64,000 nucleotides of DNA from Solirubrobacteraceae bacterium. Its GTDB lineage: Bacteria > Actinomycetota > Thermoleophilia > Solirubrobacterales > Solirubrobacteraceae. This document shows positions 35,161 through 43,997 of this stretch, piece by piece. The position numbers and the translations under genes were made by a program. Below the pieces are notes generated by a model, which was given only the letters and a program-made list of their open reading frames with translations, was not told the DNA's origin and made no database searches. Location: assembly GCA_035571915.1 (NCBI GenBank), contig DATNBM010000093.1, positions 24,237 through 88,236 of the forward strand, in the 5' to 3' direction. How positions within the stretch are numbered: position 1 is the first letter of the stretch; each line of letters starts with the position of its first letter.

Positions 35161-36552
35161 TCAGAGCCCGGATTTTTCGAGCTGGCCGGTCTGACTGGTG
35201 AGCCAGCTCGACTGCGCGCTGTTGCGCGACATCACCGCTTCGAGCTGCGCGTAGGTCTGTTCGAGCGCCCGCTGGCGGACCGCGATCATGTCGTTCATCG
35301 TCGTGATGCGGATCTTCATCTCCCGCACCTGTTCGCTGTCGCCTTCGATCCGCGAGGACAGCGCGCCGCCGGGGCCCGAGACCGCTTCGACCGTCTTTTT
35401 GAAGCCCGTGGCCCACTTCTGCATCATCGTCTTGGCGGCTTCGGGGTTTTCCTGTATCGCCTTCGCGAGCTTCGCAGGGTCGAGCTTCAGCACGCCCTGA
35501 AGCGCCGCCTGCGAGGTCTTGCCGCCGGTCGCGGCGCCGGTGCTGATGCCGATCGACAGGGGACTCGACATTTCTTCGGGCAGCCCTTCGATCGATTGGT
35601 ACATGCTCGTGCGCATAGCGGCGAGGAGGTTACGCAGGGTGCTGTCGCCGTAGAGCGACCCGACGGCTCGTTCTTCTGCGCTTTCCGGTTTTCCGAGCGG
35701 CTTGGTCGTGAGCTGGGTCTCGATTTCTTCGACCGTCGTGTTGTAGAGCGCGACGAAGGATTCGACCTGCTTTTCGATCGTCGCCACGTTCGTCTGCGGC
35801 GGCTGCACCGCGATCGTCACCGCCCCGGCGGAGGTCAGCGCGCCGAGCGTGAGGGTGACGCCGGGGATCGCTTCGGTGAGCGTGTTCGTGGTCGACGTGC
35901 CGGCGACGCCGTCGACCTTGTATTCGGCGTTGCGGCCTTCTTTGGCGCTGCCTTCCTTTTCGACGAGCGTTTCGCCTTCGTCGGTCACTTTGATGTATTC
36001 GCCCCCGGTCACGCCGGTCGTGCGGCTCGAGAGCACGATCGTGCCTTCCCCCTGCACGGCCGCGAACACGGTCCCTTTGCCGTCGGAGTTGATCTTCGCC
36101 GCGACTTCCTTGGCGGTGGCTCCCGCCTTGAAGGTGTATTCGCGACCGTCGATCGTGATCGTGTCTTCGGCCGTCGGCGAGGTGAACGCGAAGCTGCGCT
36201 GGGCGGAGTTGGCGAGCTGGGTGACTTCGACCTGGTAGCCGCCGACGCCGGCCCCGGAGGTGATCGTGGCGGTCACCCGCGACGGTTCGCTGGAGGTGAC
36301 GCTCTGGTGGCCTTCGAACAGCGAGGGGAGCTCGAATTCGAACGCCGAGAAGGTCAGCTGCTGCAGTTTGGACTGCAACGTCGAGAGGATGCCCTGCTGG
36401 CCGACCAGCTTTTCCTGCTGGTTGGTGAGGCGGGTGACGGGCACCTTTTCGGCGGCCAGCAGCGCTTCGATGATCGAGTGCGTGTCCAGACCCGAGGCGA
36501 GCCCCGAGAACTGGATCGCGCTGCCGCTGCTGGAGATGCTGCTCGTCGACAT
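35161..36552 (-). CDS. fliD: Filament cap FliD
   Basis: FSGLASGLDT..II, V.QLA, IPGVTL.L and FV..YN. Confidence 0.95.
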   Translation of the reverse strand: MSTSSISSSGSAIQFSGLASGLDTHSIIEALLAAEKVPVTRLTNQQEKLVGQQGILSTLQSKLQQLTFSAFEFELPSLFEGHQSVTSSEPSRVTATITSGAGVGGYQVEVTQLANSAQRSFAFTSPTAEDTITIDGREYTFKAGATAKEVAAKINSDGKGTVFAAVQGEGTIVLSSRTTGVTGGEYIKVTDEGETLVEKEGSAKEGRNAEYKVDGVAGTSTTNTLTEAIPGVTLTLGALTSAGAVTIAVQPPQTNVATIEKQVESFVALYNTTVEEIETQLTTKPLGKPESAEERAVGSLYGDSTLRNLLAAMRTSMYQSIEGLPEEMSSPLSIGISTGAATGGKTSQAALQGVLKLDPAKLAKAIQENPEAAKTMMQKWATGFKKTVEAVSGPGGALSSRIEGDSEQVREMKIRITTMNDMIAVRQRALEQTYAQLEAVMSRNSAQSSWLTSQTGQLEKSGL

Positions 36553-36564
36553 GGCCCCGCTCCT

Positions 36565-36849
36565 CTACAGACCGGCGCCGGCGGCCAGCTCGACCGCCTC
36601 GGCCGCCGACAGGATGCGCAGCAGGTGACCGTCGGTGTCGCGCAGCTCGATCTGCAGCGAGCAGCCGTCGTCGCTCAACGCGAAGGAGATCTGCCGCCCT
36701 TCGGCGCACAGGCGCGCGTTGATCGCGTCGGCGTTCGCCATCTGGTCGAGCACCGCGGGCGGCGGGATCGTCTCGAGCAGGTCGATCGAGGGCGCGCCGG
36801 CGAAGCCGGCGACGGGCGCGTCTTGGGTTGGTGCGTACGGCGAGCTCAC
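36565..36849 (-). CDS. flaG: FlaG-like protein
   Basis: Upstream of fliD; ISF......LQIELRD..G..LR pattern; GTG after AGGGAG. Confidence 0.65.
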   Translation of the reverse strand: MSSPYAPTQDAPVAGFAGAPSIDLLETIPPPAVLDQMANADAINARLCAEGRQISFALSDDGCSLQIELRDTDGHLLRILSAAEAVELAAGAGL

Positions 36850-36853
36850 AATG

Positions 36854-36894
36854 CGTTTTCTCCCTGAAAACGGTTTTCGCGGTCCAGTCCCTGG
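36854..36894 (-). promoter_or_regulatory. Two GGA-loop hairpins (CsrA sites) in the flaG-fliD leader
   Basis: CCAG-GGA-CTGG and CGTTTTC-AGGGA-GAAAACG (the second covers the SD). Confidence 0.7.
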
Positions 36895-36922
36895 GCCGCC
36901 TCGCGCTTGCGTTCTGCCCGTG

Positions 36923-36949
36923 TGATCGACGCGCCTGGCCAAAACTTTA
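36923..36949 (-). promoter_or_regulatory. Sigma-28 promoter (flaG-fliD)
   Basis: TAAA-N15-GTCGATCA. Confidence 0.85.
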
Positions 36950-37127
36950 AGCCCAACCTCTCCTGATAGCTCGATTGCGCACGGCGTAATTCGAGGCCTG
37001 TGCGCGCCGTTCACGGCGGAGATGCCACCCGCTGGGTTACCCCGATTCGCCCGCTCTATTCGCCTGGGCGAGAGCTTGCAGCGCCGGCTTCTCCGCATCG
37101 CGACCGGCCGATGCGCTTCGTCCTGGT

Positions 37128-37154
37128 TAATCGGCACGACCCCTCGGATCGTGA
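37128..37154 (-). promoter_or_regulatory. Second, weaker sigma-28-like promoter in the flaG-fliA intergenic region
   Basis: TCAC-N15-GCCGATTA. Confidence 0.5.
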
Positions 37155-37339
37155 GCGCCCGGCTGGCAGGTTCCCGGGCGCACGCGCACGGGATGCTTAC
37201 GGCCGGGAAGGGAATGCGCGCGGCGAGGCGAAATAAGCCGCCGCAGGACGCCGCCTCGGCGTTCCCGGACGCGGGGACCGAGGCTGCGGCAGGAGGGGCC
37301 GGATCCCCTGGTCGTTTTCCCTCGAAACCAGGTAGGAGA

Positions 37340-38152
37340 ATGCAGACAACGGAGAACTCGCAGGCGCGGATCCCCGCTCAGCAGGTGCTGGCGATCTGGC
37401 GGGAGTACCGGCGCAGCGACGACCGCGCCGTGCGCGACCGGCTGATCTTCATGTTCATGCCGATGGTCCGCTACATCGTCTACCGCAAGGTCCGCGAGGT
37501 CCCCGCGCAGTGCGACGTCGAGGACTTCCTCTCCTGCGGGCTGGAGGCGCTGATCCGCTCGATCGAGCGCTTCGACCCCGAGAAGGGGGCGACGCTCGAG
37601 CAGTTCGCCTGGACCCGCATCCACGGGGCGGTGCTCGACGAGCTGCGCCGCCACGACTGGGCGCCTCGCTCGCTGCGCCGCGACGAGCGCGCGATCAACG
37701 GCGCCCGCGAGACGTTCGTGGCGCTGCACGAACGCGAGCCGGACCGCGACGAGCTCGCGGCGCGGGTCGGCATGAGCCCCGCCGAGCTGAGAGGCCGCCT
37801 CGACCAGGTCGCGCTCGCCGAGGTCGGCTCGCTGAACCGGGTCGTGCGCTCGGACGAGAGCGCGACGATCGAGCGCATCGACACCGTCGAGAGCCCCGAC
37901 TCCGACTGCGACCCGATCCTCAGCGCCGAGCGCCGGGAAGCCAAGGAGCGCTTCCGCGCCGCCTTCGCGCGCCTCAGCCGCACGGAGCGCGAGGTGGCGG
38001 TGCTGCTCTACGTCGAGGACCGGACGCTGCGCGAGATCGGCGAGCGGCTCGGCGTCTCGGAGAGCCGCGTCTCCCAGATCCACACCCAGCTGCGCCGCCG
38101 GCTCTACGAGCAGCTGGCCTCCGAGGCGCCGCTGTTCAGCGCCGTCGGCTGA
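37340..38152 (+). CDS. fliA: FliA/WhiG family sigma factor (sigma-28)
   Basis: RI.GA.LDELR..DWAPRS and LREIG..LGVSESRVSQIH; AGGAG RBS. Confidence 0.95.
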   Translation: MQTTENSQARIPAQQVLAIWREYRRSDDRAVRDRLIFMFMPMVRYIVYRKVREVPAQCDVEDFLSCGLEALIRSIERFDPEKGATLEQFAWTRIHGAVLDELRRHDWAPRSLRRDERAINGARETFVALHEREPDRDELAARVGMSPAELRGRLDQVALAEVGSLNRVVRSDESATIERIDTVESPDSDCDPILSAERREAKERFRAAFARLSRTEREVAVLLYVEDRTLREIGERLGVSESRVSQIHTQLRRRLYEQLASEAPLFSAVG

Positions 38153-38190
38153 GCGCCTCCCGGGCGCGCGCTGTCACGGCGCGCCGCGGC

Positions 38191-38217
38191 TAAAGAATCC
38201 CCGCTCGACGCCGACGA
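38191..38217 (+). promoter_or_regulatory. Sigma-28 promoter (flgF)
   Basis: TAAA-N15-GCCGACGA, 8 nt before ATG. Confidence 0.75.
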
Positions 38218-38225
38218 CCAGGGAG

Positions 38226-38921
38226 ATGGACCTCGGGCTCTTCATCGCCGCCTCGGGCATGGTCGCTGAGCAGACGCGTCAGGACCAGCTCTCCAACGAC
38301 CTCGCGAACGCCTCGACGCCCGGCTACAAGCCCGACGCCTCGCCCCAGCACAACTTCGGCTCGGTGCTGCTCGCGAACACCTCGGGAGGCGCCTCGATCG
38401 GATCGGTCGACGAAGGCGTGGCGCTCGGCGCGACGTACACCGACATGACCCCCGCGGCGCTGCAGGAAACCGGCGAACCGCTCGACTTCGCGGTGCAGGG
38501 CAAGGGCTTCTTCGCGGTCAAGACCGAACAGGGCGTGCGCTACACCCGCAACGGCCGCTTCACCTCGAGCGCGGCCGGGGTCCTGACCGACCAGTACGGC
38601 AACCCCGTGCTCAGCCAGAGCGGGGCGCAGATCAAGGTCCCCGCGACCGGCACCCTGTCGGGGAGCGCGCTCGGCGTGTTCGAACTCTCGGCGGCCGAAA
38701 AGCAGGGCGAAAACCTCTTCGCGGGCAAGGCCGCCGGCGAAGCCACGGGCAGCGTCCGGCAGGGCATGCTCGAGGCCTCGGGCGTAGACGCCGCGAAGGT
38801 GATGATCGAGATGATCGGCTCGCTGCGCAGCTTCCAGTCGGGCCAGCAGGCGATCCAGGCGATCGGGCAGACGATGCAGTCCGCCTCCACGCAGGTCGGG
38901 TCGCTCGGCGCCGGCGCGTAG
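38226..38921 (+). CDS. flgF: Rod protein FlgF/FlhO
   Basis: NDLANASTPGYK, TG.PLD.A, YTRNG.F and LEAS.VD. Confidence 0.85.
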   Translation: MDLGLFIAASGMVAEQTRQDQLSNDLANASTPGYKPDASPQHNFGSVLLANTSGGASIGSVDEGVALGATYTDMTPAALQETGEPLDFAVQGKGFFAVKTEQGVRYTRNGRFTSSAAGVLTDQYGNPVLSQSGAQIKVPATGTLSGSALGVFELSAAEKQGENLFAGKAAGEATGSVRQGMLEASGVDAAKVMIEMIGSLRSFQSGQQAIQAIGQTMQSASTQVGSLGAGA

Positions 38922-38976
38922 CGCGCGGCACAGCCGGCACCAGCGCGTAGCGCCCCTGCAGGGCCGGCACCAGCGC

Positions 38977-39003
38977 TCAAGCTCCCCGTTCGTCTGCCGA
39001 TCA
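38977..39003 (+). promoter_or_regulatory. Sigma-28 promoter (flgG-fliW operon)
   Basis: TCAA-N15-GCCGATCA. Confidence 0.85.
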
Positions 39004-39084
39004 CCCGAGGGCAAGGCATGGATCGCCGGGTGCGCATCCGTGCCCGGTCCTACGTTCCCTCGACGATCAGGACGTGACGGGCGA

Positions 39085-39813
39085 ATGCTCGAAGGTCTCT
39101 ATTCAGCAGCGGCAGGCATGGCGGCGCAGCAGACGCAGCTCGACGCCGTCTCGAACGACCTCGCGAACCTCTCGACGGAGGGCTACAAGTCCGAGCGCGT
39201 CGCCTTCGGGGACCTGCTCTACAACAAGGTCGACGTCGCCGGCACCGAAACGGGGGCGGGCGCCGGAGCCGCGGCGCGGATCGTCGGCCACAGCTCCACG
39301 CAGGGCGCGCTGAAGGAAACCGGCGACCCGCTCGACCTCGCGATCGAAGGCGAGGGCTACTTCAAGGTGACGCGCCCGGACGGCTCGCTGGCCCTGACGC
39401 GCAACGGCGCCTTCGGCGTCGACGCCTCCGGCCAGATCGTGACCGCCGAGGGCGACCGGCTCAGCCCGCCGATCAAGCTCCCGGCCGGCGTGGCCGCGGG
39501 GCAGGTGTCGATCGGCTCCGACGGAACCGTCACGGCCGAAGGCAAGAAGCTCGGCCGCATCGAGCTCGTCACGGTCACCTCCCCGGATCACCTGATCGCC
39601 GAAGGCTCCTCGCTGCTCGTCCCGAGCAAGGAAAGCGGCGAACCTCACCCGGCCACCGGGCACGTCCACCAGGGCGCGCTCGAGGACTCAAACGTCGACA
39701 TCGGCAAGGACATGGCGACGATGATGACCGCCGAGCGCGCGTTCCAGATGCAGAGCACGGCGATCCAGACGGAGAGCCAGATGATGGCGATCGCGAACCA
39801 GCTGCGCTCATGA
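39085..39813 (+). CDS. flgG: Distal rod protein FlgG/FlhP
   Basis: LY.AAAGM.AQQ..LD..SNDLAN, F.DLLY and LEDSNVD. Confidence 0.9.
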   Translation: MLEGLYSAAAGMAAQQTQLDAVSNDLANLSTEGYKSERVAFGDLLYNKVDVAGTETGAGAGAAARIVGHSSTQGALKETGDPLDLAIEGEGYFKVTRPDGSLALTRNGAFGVDASGQIVTAEGDRLSPPIKLPAGVAAGQVSIGSDGTVTAEGKKLGRIELVTVTSPDHLIAEGSSLLVPSKESGEPHPATGHVHQGALEDSNVDIGKDMATMMTAERAFQMQSTAIQTESQMMAIANQLRS

Positions 39814-40256
39814 GCCTCGAACCGACCGGACTCTCTGCGGCCCAGGCGGCGACCGGGATGGCGAACGCGCCCGCGTGGGTCCGCAACGGCTCGGCCGCCG
39901 TGCAGAAGGACTACGCGCTCGGGCTCCAGTTCGAACGGATGCTCGCCAACCAGCTCGCGAGCTCGATGACGGCGAGCGCGGGCCTCGGCGAACAGCAGGG
40001 CTCAGAAGAAGAAGGCTCGGCGGGCGGCCTCGGGGGCGGCGCCGGCGGACCGTTCTCGACGATGCTCTCGGGTGCGCTCGCCGAAGGCGTCGCGGGCGGC
40101 GGACTCGGCCTCGCCGCCGAGATCGCGCGCGACCTGCAGAGCCGCACGGGCACGACGCCGGCGGCCGGGCGCGACGGCGCGTCCGCCGGGTCCGCGCCGG
40201 CCACTCCCGTAGCGGGCGGGACGCAAGCTGAGACGACCGGAGGCACGAGCTCATGA
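39810..40256 (+). CDS. FlgJ-like rod-binding protein (no hydrolase domain)
   Basis: QFE.ML...L..SM and GGLGLA..I...L motifs. Confidence 0.75.
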   Translation: MSLEPTGLSAAQAATGMANAPAWVRNGSAAVQKDYALGLQFERMLANQLASSMTASAGLGEQQGSEEEGSAGGLGGGAGGPFSTMLSGALAEGVAGGGLGLAAEIARDLQSRTGTTPAAGRDGASAGSAPATPVAGGTQAETTGGTSS

Positions 40257-40798
40257 GCACGGCGCTGCAGAGCGCGGCGCCGGCGCGCGGCGGGGACCTG
40301 GGGGGCGACGTGATCGCCCACCTCGAAGCCCAGATCGCCTCGGCGCGCAGCCTGCTGGCGGTCGTGCTCGAGCAAGGCGCCGCGATCCGCGAGCGCGACG
40401 TCCAGGGCGTCGTGCGGCTCGCGGGGATGCTGCGCGGCGAGATGGGACGGCGCCAGCTGCTCGACGAGCAGCGCACGCGGCTGCTCGCCCGCTGCGGCGA
40501 GCAGCTCGGCACGCCTGCCGAGACGGTCACGTTGAGCGGCCTGCTGGAGCTGATGCGCCCCGATCAGGCGGACGCCGCGAGGACCCGGAGCGCCGAGCTG
40601 AAGGGGCTCCTGGCGGAGCTGCAGCGGGAGCACTCGTGCAACCGCGCGATCATGCAGATCGAGCTCGGCTTCCTCGATCACCTGATGAGCATGCTCCTCA
40701 TCGACGGGGTCAACGGCTACGACACACGCGGCTCCTCGACCGCGATCACGCGCGCCCGCCCGCACGGCGGCCTCCACGTCCTCGACCTGCGCGCCTAG
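40253..40798 (+). CDS. flgN: Chaperone FlgN
   Basis: Helical protein upstream of flgK; N...+ Tyr (NGYD) near C-terminus. Confidence 0.8.
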   Translation: MSTALQSAAPARGGDLGGDVIAHLEAQIASARSLLAVVLEQGAAIRERDVQGVVRLAGMLRGEMGRRQLLDEQRTRLLARCGEQLGTPAETVTLSGLLELMRPDQADAARTRSAELKGLLAELQREHSCNRAIMQIELGFLDHLMSMLLIDGVNGYDTRGSSTAITRARPHGGLHVLDLRA

Positions 40799-40800
40799 AG

Positions 40801-42114
40801 ATGTCGATCCCGACGCTGCAAGGACTCCAGACTGCGCTCAGCGGACTGCTCGCCGAGCAGCAGGCGATGGACGTCGCCGGGCACAACATCACCAACGCCA
40901 ACACCGAAGGCTACTCGCGCGAGCGGGTCGTGATGGAGACCGGGCCGGAGATCCCGATCCCGTCGCTGTCGGCCGTGACCGGCCAGGGCGCACAGCTCGG
41001 CACGGGCGTGACGATCGAGACCTACACGCGGATCCGCAACACCTACCTGGACTCGCAGTACCGCACGCAGAACAGCACCCTGAGCGGCGCCGCCACGCAA
41101 GCCGAAGAGCTCGAACAGGCCGAGAGCGCCTTCAACGAGCCCTCGAGCGCCGGCATCTCCAGTCAGCTCTCGAACTTCTGGTCGGCCTGGAACAGCCTCG
41201 CCGCCGCACCGACGAGCGAAGCGGCCAAAGAGGGCGTCGTCGCCGCCGGCCAGCGGCTCGCGACCGCCTTCAACCAGCTCAGCGCGCAGCTGCAGACGAT
41301 CTCGAGCCAAGCCACCCAGCAGTACGAAGCGCGCACGGGCCCGAGCGGCGAAGTCGCCGACTACGCCCGCCAGATCGCGCAGCTCAACGAACAGATAAAG
41401 CAGGCCGAACAGGCGCGCCAGCCGCCGAACGACATGCTCGACCGCCGCGACCTGCTGATCGACAAGCTCTCGTCGCTCGCCAACGTGACGGTCACCCAAC
41501 AGCCGGACGGGACCGACACGATCGCCTTCGGCGACGCCGCCAAACCGCTCGTCGAAGGCGCGACGGTCAACTGGCCGCAGACGCTGACCTCGGCCGCCGG
41601 CGGCCAGCTCGGCGCGCTGCTCTCGCTGACGGGCCCCGGTGGCGGCCTGACCGTGTTCGCCTCAGAACTCGATGCGGTCGCCGCTTCGGTGGCCGCCACC
41701 GTCAACGAACTCCACACCTCGACGCCGTTCTTCACCGGCACGACCGCGGCGACGCTCAAGGTCGCGGTCTCCTCACCGGAAGTGCAGGCGTCCTCGACCG
41801 CGGCGCCCGGCGGCAACGACGTCGCGCTGGCGATCGCGGGCCTGCGCGGAGGCACGGCCGAACAGGGCTACTCGGCGCTGGTCGGCCTGGTCGGCAGCAC
41901 GGTCGCGGGGGCCAAGGACGAACAGGCGAACCTGCAGACGACCCTCACCGCGATCGGCAACCAGCGGCAGGCGGTCTCGGGCGTCTCGCTCGATGAGGAA
42001 ATGACCAACCTGATCACCTTCCAGCGCGGCTACCAGGCCTCGGCACGGACGCTGACCGCGATGGACGAGATGCTCGAAACGCTGATCGAGCACACCGGAA
42101 GGGCGGGGCTGTAG
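40801..42114 (+). CDS. flgK: Hook-associated protein FlgK
   Basis: GHNITNANTEGYSR and SGVSLDEEM.NL..FQ..Y.ASAR. Confidence 0.96.
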   Translation: MSIPTLQGLQTALSGLLAEQQAMDVAGHNITNANTEGYSRERVVMETGPEIPIPSLSAVTGQGAQLGTGVTIETYTRIRNTYLDSQYRTQNSTLSGAATQAEELEQAESAFNEPSSAGISSQLSNFWSAWNSLAAAPTSEAAKEGVVAAGQRLATAFNQLSAQLQTISSQATQQYEARTGPSGEVADYARQIAQLNEQIKQAEQARQPPNDMLDRRDLLIDKLSSLANVTVTQQPDGTDTIAFGDAAKPLVEGATVNWPQTLTSAAGGQLGALLSLTGPGGGLTVFASELDAVAASVAATVNELHTSTPFFTGTTAATLKVAVSSPEVQASSTAAPGGNDVALAIAGLRGGTAEQGYSALVGLVGSTVAGAKDEQANLQTTLTAIGNQRQAVSGVSLDEEMTNLITFQRGYQASARTLTAMDEMLETLIEHTGRAGL

Positions 42115-42116
42115 GG

Positions 42117-43037
42117 ATGACCGGCCGGATCACCGACGCGATGCTGACGGCGGCGACGCTGAACGACCTGAACTCCTCGCTGGGCGCGCTCGAGCGCAGC
42201 TCGGCCGAACTGTCCTCGGGCAAGACGATCCTCCAGCCCTCCGACAACCCCTACGGCGCGAGCCACGCGATCGACCTCCAGAGCCAGCTCGACGGCCTGT
42301 CCTCCTATACGAAGAGCGTTCAGGACGGGATCTCGTGGACGCAGGCCGCGAGCGGGGCGATGTCGAACATCGCGACCGTCGGGCAGCGCGTCCGCGAACT
42401 CGTTCTGGAGGCGTCCAACGGCACGAACAACGCGACCGACCTGGCGAACATCGCCACCGAGGTCAAGCAGCTCACCGAAACGATCAAGCAGGACGCGAAC
42501 ACGCAGTTCGCGGGCCAGTACGTGTTCTCCGGCACGGCCACCTCGACGGCGCCCTACGCCCAGGGCGAAGGCGGGGCCGACGTCTACAAAGGCAACCACG
42601 AAACGATCGCGCGGCTGTACGGGCCGAACGCCACCGTCGTCGTCAACACGGACCTCTCGACGGTGCTCGGCAGCGGCAAGGAAGCCGAAGACGGCAAGCT
42701 GCTCGACGTGCTGCGCACGATCTCCCAGCACCTGACCGAAGCGACGCCCGCAAGCCGCGCGGCGCTCGGCAACACGGACCTCAAAGCGCTCGACACGAGC
42801 CTCGAAGGGCTGAGCCAGCTGCAGTCGAGCATCGGCAGCGCGACGAACCAGCTCCAGACCGCGATCTCGCGGATCGAAGCGCTGCAGGCGTCGATCGAAA
42901 AGGGGCTTTCGAGCACGATCGACACAGACGTGGCGAAGACCACGATCGAGTACGCCAACCAGCAGGCGGCCTACGAGGCCGCGCTGCGGGCGGGCGCGAA
43001 CATCGTTCAGGAATCGCTGCTCAACTTCCTCCACTAG
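42117..43037 (+). CDS. flgL: Hook-associated protein FlgL
   Basis: LSSGK.I.QPSDNP, G.YVFSG and Y.AAL......SLLNFL. Confidence 0.94.
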   Translation: MTGRITDAMLTAATLNDLNSSLGALERSSAELSSGKTILQPSDNPYGASHAIDLQSQLDGLSSYTKSVQDGISWTQAASGAMSNIATVGQRVRELVLEASNGTNNATDLANIATEVKQLTETIKQDANTQFAGQYVFSGTATSTAPYAQGEGGADVYKGNHETIARLYGPNATVVVNTDLSTVLGSGKEAEDGKLLDVLRTISQHLTEATPASRAALGNTDLKALDTSLEGLSQLQSSIGSATNQLQTAISRIEALQASIEKGLSSTIDTDVAKTTIEYANQQAAYEAALRAGANIVQESLLNFLH

Positions 43038-43055
43038 CAAGGAGCGCCACCCGCC

Positions 43056-43523
43056 ATGCCAGTCACATTCGAGAGCGTCCGCTTCGGCACCGTGGAGGTG
43101 GAGGACAGCGACGTGATCGAGTTCCCGCGCGGGCTGATCGGCCTCGGCGGCAACCGCTGGGCTTTGCTCGACCGCAACCCCGGGACGGAGTTCCGCTGGC
43201 TGCACAACCTCGAAGACGGGGCCCTGGCGCTGCCCGTGGTCCCGCCGGCGCCGTTCTTCTCCGACTTCGCCCTGGAGGTCGCCGCCGAGGACCTGGCCGG
43301 CGCCGGCATCGATGATCTCGGGGAGTGGGAGGTGTACGTGACGGTGCGGGCCGCGCCCGACCCGCTGGACATCACGGCGAACCTCAGGGCGCCGCTGGTG
43401 ATCCGCGCGGGACGCGGCTACCAGCTGCTCAACACCGTCGAGGGAGCGTCGCTGCAGGCGCCCCTGTTCGAGCTGGCGGCGAGCACCGAGCACGCCCCGG
43501 CTCGCTCCGCCGACGCCGCCTGA
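43056..43523 (+). CDS. fliW: Flagellar assembly factor FliW (CsrA antagonist)
   Basis: RFG, FP.GL.G, F.WL and TANLRAPLVI. Confidence 0.93.
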   Translation: MPVTFESVRFGTVEVEDSDVIEFPRGLIGLGGNRWALLDRNPGTEFRWLHNLEDGALALPVVPPAPFFSDFALEVAAEDLAGAGIDDLGEWEVYVTVRAAPDPLDITANLRAPLVIRAGRGYQLLNTVEGASLQAPLFELAASTEHAPARSADAA

Positions 43524-43599
43524 GAGACGCCCCTGTTCGAGCTGGCGGCGAGCACCGAGCACGCCCCGGCTCGTCTCTCCGCCGACGCCGCCCGAGAGA
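43459..43599 (+). repeat. Tandem duplication of the fliW 3' end (69 bp + 72 bp copies)
   Basis: 43459-43527 is repeated at 43528-43599 with a 3-nt insertion and TGA changed to CGA. Confidence 0.9.
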
Positions 43600-43692
43600 G
43601 CCGCCCCCGCACGCGGCCGCCGGCGCCGCCCGCGAGGCGACCCGACGCGCTTGCGGCGACCTCTCCCGGTGCTTGCTTCATACTCGTCTCGC

Positions 43693-43959
43693 ATGCTGAT
43701 CCTGACGCGACGCCCCGGAGAACGCGTCGTCATCGGGGACAACATCCTCGTGACGGTGATGGGCGTGAGCGGGCACACCGTGCGGCTCGGGATCGAAGCG
43801 CCCGAGGGCATCTCGATCTACCGCGAGGAGATCTGGCTCGCCGTCGAGGCCGAGAACCGCGCCGCGGCGGCCGCCGCAGCCGAGGACCTGCCCGCCTCGC
43901 CGCCGGCCCCGCGCGGCGCGCAGGAGCCGCCCGCCGAGGACGCGCCCGAGCAGCCCTGA
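43693..43959 (+). CDS. csrA: Carbon storage regulator CsrA
   Basis: MLILTRRPGE...IGDNI, VRLGIEAP and IYREEI. Confidence 0.96.
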   Translation: MLILTRRPGERVVIGDNILVTVMGVSGHTVRLGIEAPEGISIYREEIWLAVEAENRAAAAAAAEDLPASPPAPRGAQEPPAEDAPEQP

Positions 43960-43967
43960 CGCGCGGC

Positions 43968-43997
43968 TTGACCTTACGAACACGCGGCGGATAGACT
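43968..43997 (+). promoter_or_regulatory. Probable sigma-70 promoter
   Basis: TTGACC-N18-TAGACT upstream of the beta-helix gene. Confidence 0.55.

Noticed and set aside
37200-37270. Possible c-di-GMP-I riboswitch before fliA (GGCGAAA...GGACGC)
   Set aside because: Lacks the GNRA-capped P2 and GCAAAGC/P3 arrangement; only fragments match.
38905-38976. Short direct repeats (gccggcaccagcgc twice) after flgF
   Set aside because: Two short GC-rich copies only; likely slippage, with no array or spacer structure.
43521-43599. Selenocysteine/readthrough or att site at the fliW TGA
   Set aside because: No SECIS-like evidence, no integrase and no intervening element; simple tandem duplication suffices.
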